In this document: positions 1-10,102 of the stretch, one piece after another | Layout of the letters: each line of letters begins with the position of its first letter | How positions within the stretch are numbered: the stretch's first letter is position 1 | DNA from: an uncultured Gemmatimonadales bacterium | GTDB lineage: Bacteria; Gemmatimonadota; Gemmatimonadetes; Gemmatimonadales; GWC2-71-9 | Assembly: GCA_963846545.1 (NCBI GenBank) | Contig: CAWJWG010000001.1 | Span: forward strand, 2,550,735 to 2,614,734 | DNA length: 64,000 nucleotides | Direction of reading: 5' to 3' | Translations under genes and position numbers: made by a program | Notes under the pieces: generated by a model | What the model saw: only the letters and a program-made list of their open reading frames with translations | Told to the model about the DNA's origin: nothing | Database searches by the model: none

Positions 1-767
1 CCCAGCCGGGCCCTGACCCTTCCACCCACGCCCATCCCGAGCCGGCGCGCGGCCGACCCGTCGCGCACGGCGATCTCCACCTGGCCGCCCGACCCCACGT
101 ACGCCAACAGTCCGCCAGTCGACACGTCCCCGAAGGTGCGGCGCAGAGGTCCGACCTCCAGCCCCTCAACTTCGACCGTCGCGTAGTGCGGCACGAGCTC
201 CGGTGTCAGGTTGGTGACCAGCGTGCCGAAGCGATCTACGTAGAGCACCTCGCCGACGACCGACTTCCCCTCGTAGTGCGGCTCCGCGTACACCAGGCGG
301 GTCGGCGGCGCCGTCAGAGGAGCGCCGAGGCTCGTGAGCGCGGCACCGGTGGCGAGCGCCGCGGCCGCGGGAGCGAAGAGATCGCGCCCATGGAAGGTGG
401 CGGACGCCTCGGAGGGGGTCGGTAGTGAGACGATGCTCGCCCCGGGATCACCCAGGACGAAGGAGAAGAGCCCGTTGTCCGGCCCCACGAACGCATGCCC
501 CCCGGCGGTCAGCGCGATGGCCACGCGCGTAGTGCCGACACCGGGATCTACGACCGCGAGGTGGACCGTGCCGGGCGGGAAGCGATGCCACGCGCGTCCG
601 AGCAGGTAGGCGGCGGCACGGACGTCACCGGGCGCGACCGCATGCGTGAGATCGACCAGGGGTATCCCGGGCGCCGCACTGCTGAGGACGCCCTTCACTT
701 CGGCGACGTAGGAGTCGGAGGTCCCGAAGTCGGTGAGGAGGGTGATCAGAGCCGATGGCTTACCCAC
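1..767 (-). CDS. SAM hydrolase / SAM hydroxide adenosyltransferase family protein (DUF62), partial; the 3' end lies beyond the window edge
   Basis: Absent from the ORF track because there is no stop inside the window. Manual minus-strand translation from GTG 767-765 gives MGKPSALITLLTDFGTSDSYVAEVKGVL..HLAVVDPGVGT..VGPDNGLFS..FHGRDLFAPAAA, which matches DUF62-type N-terminal and core motifs from memory. The start overlaps the mrp stop by 8 nt. Confidence 0.7.
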   Translation of the reverse strand, partial: MGKPSALITLLTDFGTSDSYVAEVKGVLSSAAPGIPLVDLTHAVAPGDVRAAAYLLGRAWHRFPPGTVHLAVVDPGVGTTRVAIALTAGGHAFVGPDNGLFSFVLGDPGASIVSLPTPSEASATFHGRDLFAPAAAALATGAALTSLGAPLTAPPTRLVYAEPHYEGKSVVGEVLYVDRFGTLVTNLTPELVPHYATVEVEGLEVGPLRRTFGDVSTGGLLAYVGSGGQVEIAVRDGSAARRLGMGVGGRVRARL

Positions 768-1857
768 GCAGGATGGGCAGCGCCGCGGTGCGGCCCGCGG
801 TCCTGCTCCGCACCTGCTCGGCGACAGCCGACAGCACGGCGGCCGCCGCACTCTCCGGCTCGGCAATGAGGATCGGGCGCCCGGCGTCGGCCAGCTCGGC
901 CAGGCGGGGCTGCAGCGGCACGCTGCCCAGGAGCGCCACGCCCAGCTCGTCGGCTAGACGGCGACCGCCGCCGGACGAGAAGAGCTCGAAGCGACGCCCG
1001 GTCTCGGGGTCGTCGAAGGCGCTCATGTTCTCCACGATGCCGAGCACCGGCACGCCGACCCGCTCGAACATCCGGGCGCCGCGAAGCGCATCGCCCACCG
1101 CCATCTCCTGCGGCGTGGTGACGATGACCGCCCCCGAGACGTGGGTGGCCTGAACCAGCGAGAGCTGTGCGTCGCCGGTGCCGGGGGGCAGGTCCACCAG
1201 GAAATAGTCCAGGGTTCCCCACTCGACGTCGCGAAGGAACTGCGTCACGATCTTCATGATGATGGGGCCCCGCCAGATCGCGGGCGCGTCCCGCTCCACC
1301 AGGAACCCCAGCGACATCAGCTTGACGCCGTGGGCCTCGAGCGGCTGGATCTTGCCGCCGACCACCGGCGGCTTCTCGGAGACACCGAACATGCGCGGGA
1401 TATTGGGGCCGTAGACGTCGGCATCCATCAGCCCGACGCGTGCTCCTCCACGGGCGAGCGCCACCGCGAGATTCGCGGAGATCGTGGACTTCCCGACCCC
1501 GCCCTTGCCCGAGGAGATCGCAAGAATACGCCCGAGATTCGGCATCTCGGGCGCGGAAGGCGGCGTGGCTTCGGCGCCGGGTGGGTTGTGGGTGACCTTC
1601 GCCGGACCGGAGGGATTGGTCACGGTGATCTTGATGGCGTCGCGGCGAACTCCCTCGACCTGTTGCACCGCGGACCGCGCCTGGCGCACCAGGGTCGCCG
1701 GATCATCCGGTGCCAGCAGGAAGGTGAACGCCACGCCGCCGTCAGCGCTCACCGACAGGTCGCGGATCATCCCGGCCGAGAAGAGATCGTTCTCGAGACG
1801 GGGATTCTGGATCCGGGCAAGCGCGGCGACGACCCTGGCTTCCAGCTCCTCCGCCAT
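760..1857 (-). CDS. mrp: Mrp/ApbC/NBP35-family P-loop ATPase with DUF59-like N-terminal domain (cysteine-free variant)
   Basis: ORF 760..1956, trimmed to the internal ATG (MAEELEARVV) that overlaps the NifU-like stop. Deviant Walker A SSGKGGVGKST, then DADVYGPNIP and ENMS motifs. No Cys anywhere in the protein (see finding). Confidence 0.85.
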   Translation of the reverse strand: MAEELEARVVAALARIQNPRLENDLFSAGMIRDLSVSADGGVAFTFLLAPDDPATLVRQARSAVQQVEGVRRDAIKITVTNPSGPAKVTHNPPGAEATPPSAPEMPNLGRILAISSGKGGVGKSTISANLAVALARGGARVGLMDADVYGPNIPRMFGVSEKPPVVGGKIQPLEAHGVKLMSLGFLVERDAPAIWRGPIIMKIVTQFLRDVEWGTLDYFLVDLPPGTGDAQLSLVQATHVSGAVIVTTPQEMAVGDALRGARMFERVGVPVLGIVENMSAFDDPETGRRFELFSSGGGRRLADELGVALLGSVPLQPRLAELADAGRPILIAEPESAAAAVLSAVAEQVRSRTAGRTAALPILRG

Positions 1858-2087
1858 CAGACCGCCTCCACGTGCTTGACCTCGGGTACCATCTCGCGGA
1901 GGCGCGCTTCGATGCCCTGGCGCAGTGTCACAGTGGACGCCGCGCAACCATGACACGTGCCACCGAGTCGCAGCAGGAGCCTCCCCTCCCCCTCATCGAA
2001 ATCCACCACCTCGACGTTGCCGCGGTGGGACGCGATGTAGGGGCGCAGGGTATCGAGGGTCCGCTCGATGCGATCAATCGTGTCCAT
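1857..2087 (-). CDS. NifU-like C-terminal domain Fe-S assembly protein
   Basis: 76-aa ORF with VEVVDFDEGEGRLLLRLGGTCHGCAAS (CxxC) and TLRQGIE, typical of the Nfu/NifU C-terminal domain. The stop overlaps the mrp start. Confidence 0.85.
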   Translation of the reverse strand: MDTIDRIERTLDTLRPYIASHRGNVEVVDFDEGEGRLLLRLGGTCHGCAASTVTLRQGIEARLREMVPEVKHVEAV

Positions 2088-2149
2088 GGGCCACCCGCCG
2101 CCTAATTCCTACTAGCATAGTCGGAAATATAGGACCGCCGGAGAACCGG

Positions 2150-3187
2150 TCAACCACGCTGGGGGACAGGTGCGCCGTTGCGTCCGAGGTATTCGCGGGC
2201 GGCAGCCAGCACCGTGGCCTGCACTTCGGCCAGCGAGCCGGTGATCGCTAGGCCGGCCGCCTTGGTATGCCCTCCGCCGCCGAATGGCTTGGCGAAGGCG
2301 GCGACATCCACCGACCCGACGGACCGGAGCGAGACCTTCACCCGCCCCTGGCTGACCTCACGGAAGAGCAACGCCATGCGCACCCCTTCGATCGAGCGGG
2401 GAAATTCGACGACCCCTTCGAGGTCATCGGAGGAGACCCCGAGTCGCTCGATGGCTCCTGGCGGCACGGTCACCCACGCCAGTCCGGAGTCGGGCTCGAC
2501 CACCAGCGTCTGCAGGGCCTCGGCGAAGAGGCGCGGGCGGCCCTCCGGAGCCCGGGCGTACACCTCGAGGTAGATCTCCTCGGGGTCCACGCCGGTCTCC
2601 AGCAGCTCGGCCGCGACCCGGAGGGTGCGCGGGCGGGTGTTGCTGAAGCGGAAGCCGCCGGTGTCGGTGAGGATCGCGACGTAGAGCCCCCGCGCCGCCA
2701 GCTGGTCGAGCGGCCAGCCGTTGGCGAGCGCCAGCTCGAAGACCAGCTCGCCGGTGGCGGCCGCCTCGTGATCGAGGTAGCGGGGCCCCTCCGGCAGCAC
2801 TCCCATGCCGACGTGGTGATCGATGCAGGCGACGGGGACGCCGCGAGTCCGCACTGTCTCACCCAGCATGCCGAGCCGACCCAGATCGGAGATATCCAGC
2901 ACGACGATCCGATCGGCCCGCCGCAGCTCCTTCACCGCCTCACCGGTCCGGTCGACGCCCGGCAGCTCCTCGAACAGGAAGCCGAACCGGGCCGGGGTCG
3001 GCGTCGGATTGGTAACGACCACATCGATCCCCCGCGCCTTGAGCAGGTGGGCCAGGCCGGCCTCGCTGCCGAGCCCGTCGCCATCGGGATTCACGTGGGT
3101 GGTGAGGCAGACCCGCTGTCCGGGAAGGAACGTGTCGGCAAAGGTGCGGGCCGCTGCGAGGCGCTCCGCGGACATGGTGAAAGGCAT
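2150..3187 (-). CDS. nrnA: DHH/DHHA1 phosphoesterase, NrnA-like oligoribonuclease/pAp phosphatase
   Basis: 345-aa ORF with HVNPDGDGLGSE, ACIDHHVG (DHH) and FGGGGH (DHHA1 GGGH) motifs. Confidence 0.8.
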   Translation of the reverse strand: MPFTMSAERLAAARTFADTFLPGQRVCLTTHVNPDGDGLGSEAGLAHLLKARGIDVVVTNPTPTPARFGFLFEELPGVDRTGEAVKELRRADRIVVLDISDLGRLGMLGETVRTRGVPVACIDHHVGMGVLPEGPRYLDHEAAATGELVFELALANGWPLDQLAARGLYVAILTDTGGFRFSNTRPRTLRVAAELLETGVDPEEIYLEVYARAPEGRPRLFAEALQTLVVEPDSGLAWVTVPPGAIERLGVSSDDLEGVVEFPRSIEGVRMALLFREVSQGRVKVSLRSVGSVDVAAFAKPFGGGGHTKAAGLAITGSLAEVQATVLAAAREYLGRNGAPVPQRG

Positions 3188-3304
3188 TCGCGGAAGATGG
3201 GCGGGAGACGGGGGGGATGGTAGGCCGTCACGGGCTGTAACCGCTGTGCCCGCACGGCCGACGCGGCCCGGACGCGGAAGCCCGCGCCCGGGACGCGCGA
3301 CGCG

Positions 3305-4789
3305 CTATCTGTTGGCGGCCTGCTGGACCTTGGAGTGACGCTTCCCATAAAGGAAATAGATCGCCAGGCCGAGAACCATCCAGACGATCAGACGAGCCCA
3401 GGTATCCACCGGCAGACCGAGCATCAAGTAGACACACGCCCCGATGCCGCCCAGCGGTACGAACGGCACCAGCGGGGTCCTGAAGGGCCGCGGACGGTCG
3501 GGATCGGTGTAGCGCAGGACGAGCACGCCGGCGCAGACGATCGCGAAGGCGAGGAGTGTTCCGATCGAGACCAGCTCACCGAGGAGGCCGATCGGCAGGA
3601 GGCCGGCGAAGATCATCGCGAAGATGCCGGTGACCGCGCTGGCGAGCCATGGGGTCTGGAACTTCGGATGGACCGCGCTGAAGATCGGAGGCAGCAGGCC
3701 GTCCTTCGACATCGTGTAGAAGATCCGCGGCTGGCCGAGGAGCATGACCAGGATGACGGACGACAGGCCGGCGATCGCGCCGATCTTGATGATCGGACGG
3801 AGCCACGCGAGCTGCGGACCCACCGCGTTGATCCCGACGGCGATCGGATCGGGGACGTTGAGCTGGGAGTAGTGGACGATACCGGTGAGCACGAGCGCGA
3901 CCGCGATGTAGAGCACGGTACAGATCGCGAGCGACCCCATGATCCCGATCGGCATGTCCTTCTGCGGATTGCGTGTCTCCTGCGCGGCCGTGGAGACCGC
4001 GTCGAATCCGATGTAGGCGAAGAAGATGACGCCCGCGCCGCGCACGATACCGTCCCAGCCGTACTTCCCGGGGCCTTCCGCCGGCGGGATGAACGGGGTC
4101 CAGTTGTCGGCGTTGATGTAGCTGATGCCGAAGGCGATGAACAGCAGCACCACCGTGACCTTGATGGCGACGGCGATATTGTTGAACGTCGCCGACTCGC
4201 TGATCCCGACGATCAGCAGGATCGTGATGACCCCGACAATGAACATCGCCGGCAGATTGAGGACGTGCCCGGTGGACGACCACCCCTCGGCGAACAGCCG
4301 CCAGACGTTCAGCCCTGCGTCGGTCGGCGTGGTGTGGACATACGGCGCCGAGGTGTAGGCCGCCGGAATGTTGATGCCGAGGTCCTTGAGAAACGAGACG
4401 GTATATCCTGACCAGCCCACCGCGACGGTGGAGGCGGCGAACAGGTACTCCAGAATCAGGTCCCACCCGATGATCCAGGCGATCAGCTCACCCAGCGTGG
4501 CGTAGCCGTAGGTATAGGCCGAGCCGGCGATGGGGATCATGGCCGCGAATTCAGCATAGCACAGTCCGGCGAAGGCGCAGGCCGTGCCGGCGAGGAGGAA
4601 CGAGTACACGATCCCCGGGCCGGCGTAATTGGCGGCGGCCTGCCCCGTCAGCACGAAGATCCCTGCGCCGATGACGGCGCCGATGCCGAGCAGGACCAGG
4701 TTGACGGGCCCGAGCACCCGCTTGAGGTTGTGGTCCGAGGCGACCTCGGCCTGAAGCGCGGACACATCCTTGCGACGGAAGAGGCTCAT
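3305..4789 (-). CDS. APC-superfamily amino acid permease (cationic amino acid transporter-like)
   Basis: 494-aa polytopic membrane ORF with an N-terminus LKRVLGPVNLVLLGIGAVIGAGIFVLTG, typical of APC/CAT permeases. Confidence 0.85.
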   Translation of the reverse strand: MSLFRRKDVSALQAEVASDHNLKRVLGPVNLVLLGIGAVIGAGIFVLTGQAAANYAGPGIVYSFLLAGTACAFAGLCYAEFAAMIPIAGSAYTYGYATLGELIAWIIGWDLILEYLFAASTVAVGWSGYTVSFLKDLGINIPAAYTSAPYVHTTPTDAGLNVWRLFAEGWSSTGHVLNLPAMFIVGVITILLIVGISESATFNNIAVAIKVTVVLLFIAFGISYINADNWTPFIPPAEGPGKYGWDGIVRGAGVIFFAYIGFDAVSTAAQETRNPQKDMPIGIMGSLAICTVLYIAVALVLTGIVHYSQLNVPDPIAVGINAVGPQLAWLRPIIKIGAIAGLSSVILVMLLGQPRIFYTMSKDGLLPPIFSAVHPKFQTPWLASAVTGIFAMIFAGLLPIGLLGELVSIGTLLAFAIVCAGVLVLRYTDPDRPRPFRTPLVPFVPLGGIGACVYLMLGLPVDTWARLIVWMVLGLAIYFLYGKRHSKVQQAANR

Positions 4790-4834
4790 GAGACACTCAG
4801 GTTTTGAGGACGGGTGAGGATCGGCTACTGCGGT

Positions 4835-6466
<1,632 letters not shown>

Positions 6467-7045
6467 TCAGCCGCCCTTCGACAGCGAGTGGACGTACGTC
6501 GCGACGGCGCGAACCTGCTCCGGGCTCAAGCTGGCCCCTCCCATGGGAGGCATGGGCGCCGGGGCCTTCTTGGGCGTGGGGACGCCGGCCTGAATCGTCT
6601 TGGTGATGGCGGCGAGGCTGCCATCCGAGTGAAGCCACTCGGCATCGGTCAGATTGGGCCCGACGGCGGAGCCCTTGGCGTCCTGCCCGTGGCAGGCGTA
6701 GCAGGTACCGCCGGCTGCCTGCCCGTGAAAGATGCTGTCGCCCACTGCGATGAGCGCGGCGTCACCACCGCCTCCGCCCGTGGCCGCCGGGGCCTTGGCT
6801 GGTTTCTCTGCCTGGGCACCAATGTTCGTTGGGCCTGCAGCGGGAGCGGCCGATGGACTGTCCGCGGCGACGGGCACGGCCGGGCTATCGGTAGCGGCGG
6901 GTGGCGCGGGCTGCACATCTCCGGCAGCTGGGGTGGCCTCGCCGCCCGCGGGCGCCTTGTCCCCGCCGCACGCCAGCAGCCCGGCGGCGGCCACCAGACC
7001 CATCCAAGCGAGGCAGCGCTTGGCGTCGAGCTCGATCTGACTCAT
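6467..7045 (-). CDS. Class I c-type cytochrome, probable lipoprotein with a Pro/Ala-rich linker
   Basis: C-terminal 192 aa of ORF 6467..8701, starting at ATG 7045. Lipobox-like LLACGG, heme motif CYACH, and distal PPMGG (Met ligand region). Confidence 0.75.
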   Translation of the reverse strand: MSQIELDAKRCLAWMGLVAAAGLLACGGDKAPAGGEATPAAGDVQPAPPAATDSPAVPVAADSPSAAPAAGPTNIGAQAEKPAKAPAATGGGGGDAALIAVGDSIFHGQAAGGTCYACHGQDAKGSAVGPNLTDAEWLHSDGSLAAITKTIQAGVPTPKKAPAPMPPMGGASLSPEQVRAVATYVHSLSKGG

Positions 7046-7134
7046 GTCCCAGTCCCCTTGTGTAGTCCCCGGACCCACGCCGATGCGGCGAACCCATTCT
7101 ACTCCCGCGGAATCTCGTCGTCTGTGATGAGATA

Positions 7135-8613
7135 CTACTTGGCCGACCTGCCCCGCCAGAGCAGGTAGACCGGGATCCCGGACGCGACGATGATCAGCCC
7201 CGGCCAGGTATAGAGCGGCTTCTGGAAGAGCAGGATCACCATCAGCAGGCCCACCGCGAACAGATACAGGCCCGGCAGCACCGGATATCCGAACGCCTTG
7301 ACCGGCCGCGGCAGGTCGGGCTGCAGGGCGCGCAGCCGGAAGAGCGCGATGGTGGTGAGAAAGTAGAACACCAGCGCCGCCACGATCACGTAATCCAGCA
7401 GCTGGCCGTAGGTGCCGCTGATGCAGAGCACCGACGCCCAGATCGCCTGGGTCCAGAGCCCGAACACCGGCGTGCGGTGGACCGGATGGAGCTGGCCGGC
7501 CCGCTCGAAGAACAATCGGTCGCGGGCCATGGCCCAGTACACGCGGGGTCCGGCCAGGATCAGCCCGTTGTTGCAGCCGAAGGTCGAGAGAAGGATGGCG
7601 ATGGCCATGACCGCGGCCGCAGCGCTTCCGACCGAGACCTCGATGGCCGCGGTCCCTACCCGGTCCTGGGCCGCGTGCTGAATGCCGCGGGCCAGGGCGT
7701 CGGTGCCGCTCGGGTCGCCGTAGAACGGCAGCACGTTCAGGTAGGCGACGTTGGTCAGGATGTACAGCAGGCTCACCACGCCGGTGCCGACCGCCAGGGC
7801 GATCGGCAGGTTCCGGCTCGGATTCTGGACCTCGGCCGCCGCGAAGGTGACGTTGTTCCATGCGTCGCTGGAGAACAGCGAGCCCACCATCGCCGCGCCA
7901 ATCAGCGGCACCATGGCGATGGTCCAGTCTCCCGTCCCCCAGAAGCTGGAGAAGTTGGCCGCCGCCACGTCGGGCTGGCGGAAGAACGTGAGCCCGCACA
8001 GCACGAGCACCACCAGCGCACCGACCTTGGCGACGGTGAACGTGGTCTGAATCGCGGCGCCGAGAGTCACGCCGCGGGCGTTGATCGCGGTCAGCAGCAG
8101 GATGGAGAGGATAGCGACGATGCGCTGGGGCGAGAGCCCGAGCTGAATCGCCTCGGTCGCGCCCGGCAGGCGGATCTGGCCGAGCGGGAGGAAGACGTCG
8201 GGGCTGACCCCGGGGACCAGGATACTCAGGAACCGGGCGAACGCGACGGCGACCGCCGCGATCGTCCCGGTCTGAATCACGGCGAAGAGCGTCCACCCGT
8301 AGAGGAAGCCGGCGGCGGGCGACAGGCCTTCGCGCAGAAACACATACTGACCGCCCGCCTTGGGCATCATCGCCGCGAGCTCGGCGTAGGAGAGCGCGCC
8401 GACCACCGTCACGAGGCCGGTCACGATCCACACGAGCAGGAGCCCGCCCGGACCCCAGGGCGATACCTGACGGCCGATGTCGGCCGAGACGATGAAGATG
8501 CCGGATCCAATCATGGACCCGATGACCAGGGAGATCGCGGCCAGGGGGCCGATCCCGCGGATGAACTCGCTGGGCGGGGTCGTCGCGGGAGGAGCGTGGG
8601 TAGGAGCCGCCAT
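7135..8613 (-). CDS. APC-superfamily amino acid permease
   Basis: 492-aa ORF with about 12 predicted TM segments and an N-terminal GSMIGSGIF motif. Confidence 0.85.
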   Translation of the reverse strand: MAAPTHAPPATTPPSEFIRGIGPLAAISLVIGSMIGSGIFIVSADIGRQVSPWGPGGLLLVWIVTGLVTVVGALSYAELAAMMPKAGGQYVFLREGLSPAAGFLYGWTLFAVIQTGTIAAVAVAFARFLSILVPGVSPDVFLPLGQIRLPGATEAIQLGLSPQRIVAILSILLLTAINARGVTLGAAIQTTFTVAKVGALVVLVLCGLTFFRQPDVAAANFSSFWGTGDWTIAMVPLIGAAMVGSLFSSDAWNNVTFAAAEVQNPSRNLPIALAVGTGVVSLLYILTNVAYLNVLPFYGDPSGTDALARGIQHAAQDRVGTAAIEVSVGSAAAAVMAIAILLSTFGCNNGLILAGPRVYWAMARDRLFFERAGQLHPVHRTPVFGLWTQAIWASVLCISGTYGQLLDYVIVAALVFYFLTTIALFRLRALQPDLPRPVKAFGYPVLPGLYLFAVGLLMVILLFQKPLYTWPGLIIVASGIPVYLLWRGRSAK

Positions 8614-8624
8614 GGGTCCTCGGG

Positions 8625-9005
8625 TCAGCCGCCGGTGTCGGAGCTCGGCTTGGTGACTGCTGCCGCCGGAGGCGGTGACGATACCGTTGGTTTCGTGGCA
8701 TGCTCCGCTGCCTTCACCGCCTCGTCCACTACGGCCTGACCCGCGGCGGCCAGTCCCTTCATCACCTTCGCCGCGCCGTCCACCAGACCCATCGTGCCGC
8801 TGATCGCCTGGATGGGCAGCTTGCCGGCCCGCATCGTGTCTTCGACCGTCTCGGTGAGCTTCGCGAAGATGCCGCCGGGGCGTGCCCGCTCGGCGTATTT
8901 GCTGTCGAGGAACTCGATGTAGTCGAGGATCTGATACCCGCGCTCGTCGCTCAGGCCGTCGAGCGCCCGGGCGATCCGCTGCTTGAGCAGATCGTTCATG
9001 GTCAC
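8625..9005 (-). CDS. Hypothetical protein with a DUF2281-like N-terminus
   Basis: 126-aa ORF. ERGYQILDYIEFLDSKY resembles the DUF2281 helix motif. Ala-rich amphipathic middle and Pro/Ser-rich tail. The start overlaps the stop of the upstream gene (9002-9005). Confidence 0.5.
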   Translation of the reverse strand: MTMNDLLKQRIARALDGLSDERGYQILDYIEFLDSKYAERARPGGIFAKLTETVEDTMRAGKLPIQAISGTMGLVDGAAKVMKGLAAAGQAVVDEAVKAAEHATKPTVSSPPPAAAVTKPSSDTGG

Positions 9006-10072
9006 TGCCCTCCCCCCGCTTCCCCGAGGGTCGAGACGAGGTCGGCGACCGGGGTGGCGAGGTATCGCGTGCGCGCCGCCTTGAGCGTCACCCGCATCAC
9101 CATCTCCTGCAGGGGCGGCAGCGCCCGGAACTCCGCGATGCGTCTCGCCGGGATGGTGACGTACACGAACCCCGGCTCGGGAAGCGGCCCCCGGGTGAGC
9201 AGGTAGGGCTGGCCGGACGGCATTTCGGGCCGCAGCTCGTCGGCGAGCTGCACCGCGATGACCTGGAGCCGCCAGTCGAGCGTCTGCCCGACGAACCGCT
9301 CGGGTGACGCGCGGACCTCAGCGGCACTGATCCCGGCGAGCACCCCGGCCTCGGCCGGCTTGACGTCCGCCTCACGGAGCCAGCCCTCGACCTGCACCCG
9401 GACCCACTCCCCTGACCGGCCGACGACACGCGCGGGCGTGCCGGCCGGCAGGGTGGCGATCGCGGCGCTGTCGGCCATCCGGCTCAGGCCGGTCTGGCGG
9501 ACCGTCTCCACGCCTTCGATCGAAGACGCGGGCGCCGGCGCGGCTGGCACCGCAGCCTGGCCACGTCGGGACTGGCCCTGGGTCCGGGCGCGCCCCGTCG
9601 TATCCGCCGGCTTCGTCGCCTGCGTGGCCGTCCTGCCCTGCACGGCCTGCCGCGGGACCCAGCCGTCCCGACGCACCCGGAACCACTTGCCCTTCTCGCC
9701 GACCCGCTCGAGAAGGGTGCCTTCGCGGACTCGCCCGACGATGGCGCCGTTGGGCTCCCGCCGGAGATTTTCGCCGGAGTTGGAGGTGACCACCAGGTCG
9801 AACCCATCCCGCTTGGTGCGGGAGGTGGACGGCTGGAAAATCCATCCCTCGACCGTCACTGCCCGCCAATCCCCATCCGCCTTCCCGGTCTCGACCGGGG
9901 CCCCGGCGGGGAGTGACACGAGGGGGGTCCCATCGGGGTCGCGATGGAGTTGAGCGGCGCTGTCGAGCCGCCGTTCCTCCTGCGCGACGAGGGGTGTGGC
10001 AAGCACGCTCACGGCCATCGCGCAGGCTGGTAGCCAACGGTGGCCGGGACTAGATTGCGGCGCGTAACTCAC
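9002..10072 (-). CDS. Secreted protein with three SH3b-like repeats and an uncharacterised C-terminal domain
   Basis: 356-aa ORF with three repeats: GDWRAVTVEGWIFQ, GKWFRVRRDGWVPRQ and GEWVRVQVEGWLRE. Signal-like segment MAVSVLATPLVAQ. The true start may be the internal ATG near 10018, because only 30 nt separate 10072 from the divergent gpmI. Confidence 0.55.
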   Translation of the reverse strand: MSYAPQSSPGHRWLPACAMAVSVLATPLVAQEERRLDSAAQLHRDPDGTPLVSLPAGAPVETGKADGDWRAVTVEGWIFQPSTSRTKRDGFDLVVTSNSGENLRREPNGAIVGRVREGTLLERVGEKGKWFRVRRDGWVPRQAVQGRTATQATKPADTTGRARTQGQSRRGQAAVPAAPAPASSIEGVETVRQTGLSRMADSAAIATLPAGTPARVVGRSGEWVRVQVEGWLREADVKPAEAGVLAGISAAEVRASPERFVGQTLDWRLQVIAVQLADELRPEMPSGQPYLLTRGPLPEPGFVYVTIPARRIAEFRALPPLQEMVMRVTLKAARTRYLATPVADLVSTLGEAGGGQ

Positions 10073-10102
10073 AGTCCGCCATTGTAGAACACGCGGAGAT
10101 CC

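Noticed and set aside
7046-8701. N-terminal 550 aa of the 744-aa ORF 6467..8701
   Set aside because: Only the last 192 aa (the cytochrome c, from ATG 7045) look like protein. The rest is an alternative frame over the APC permease gene, which has an unmistakable TM pattern.
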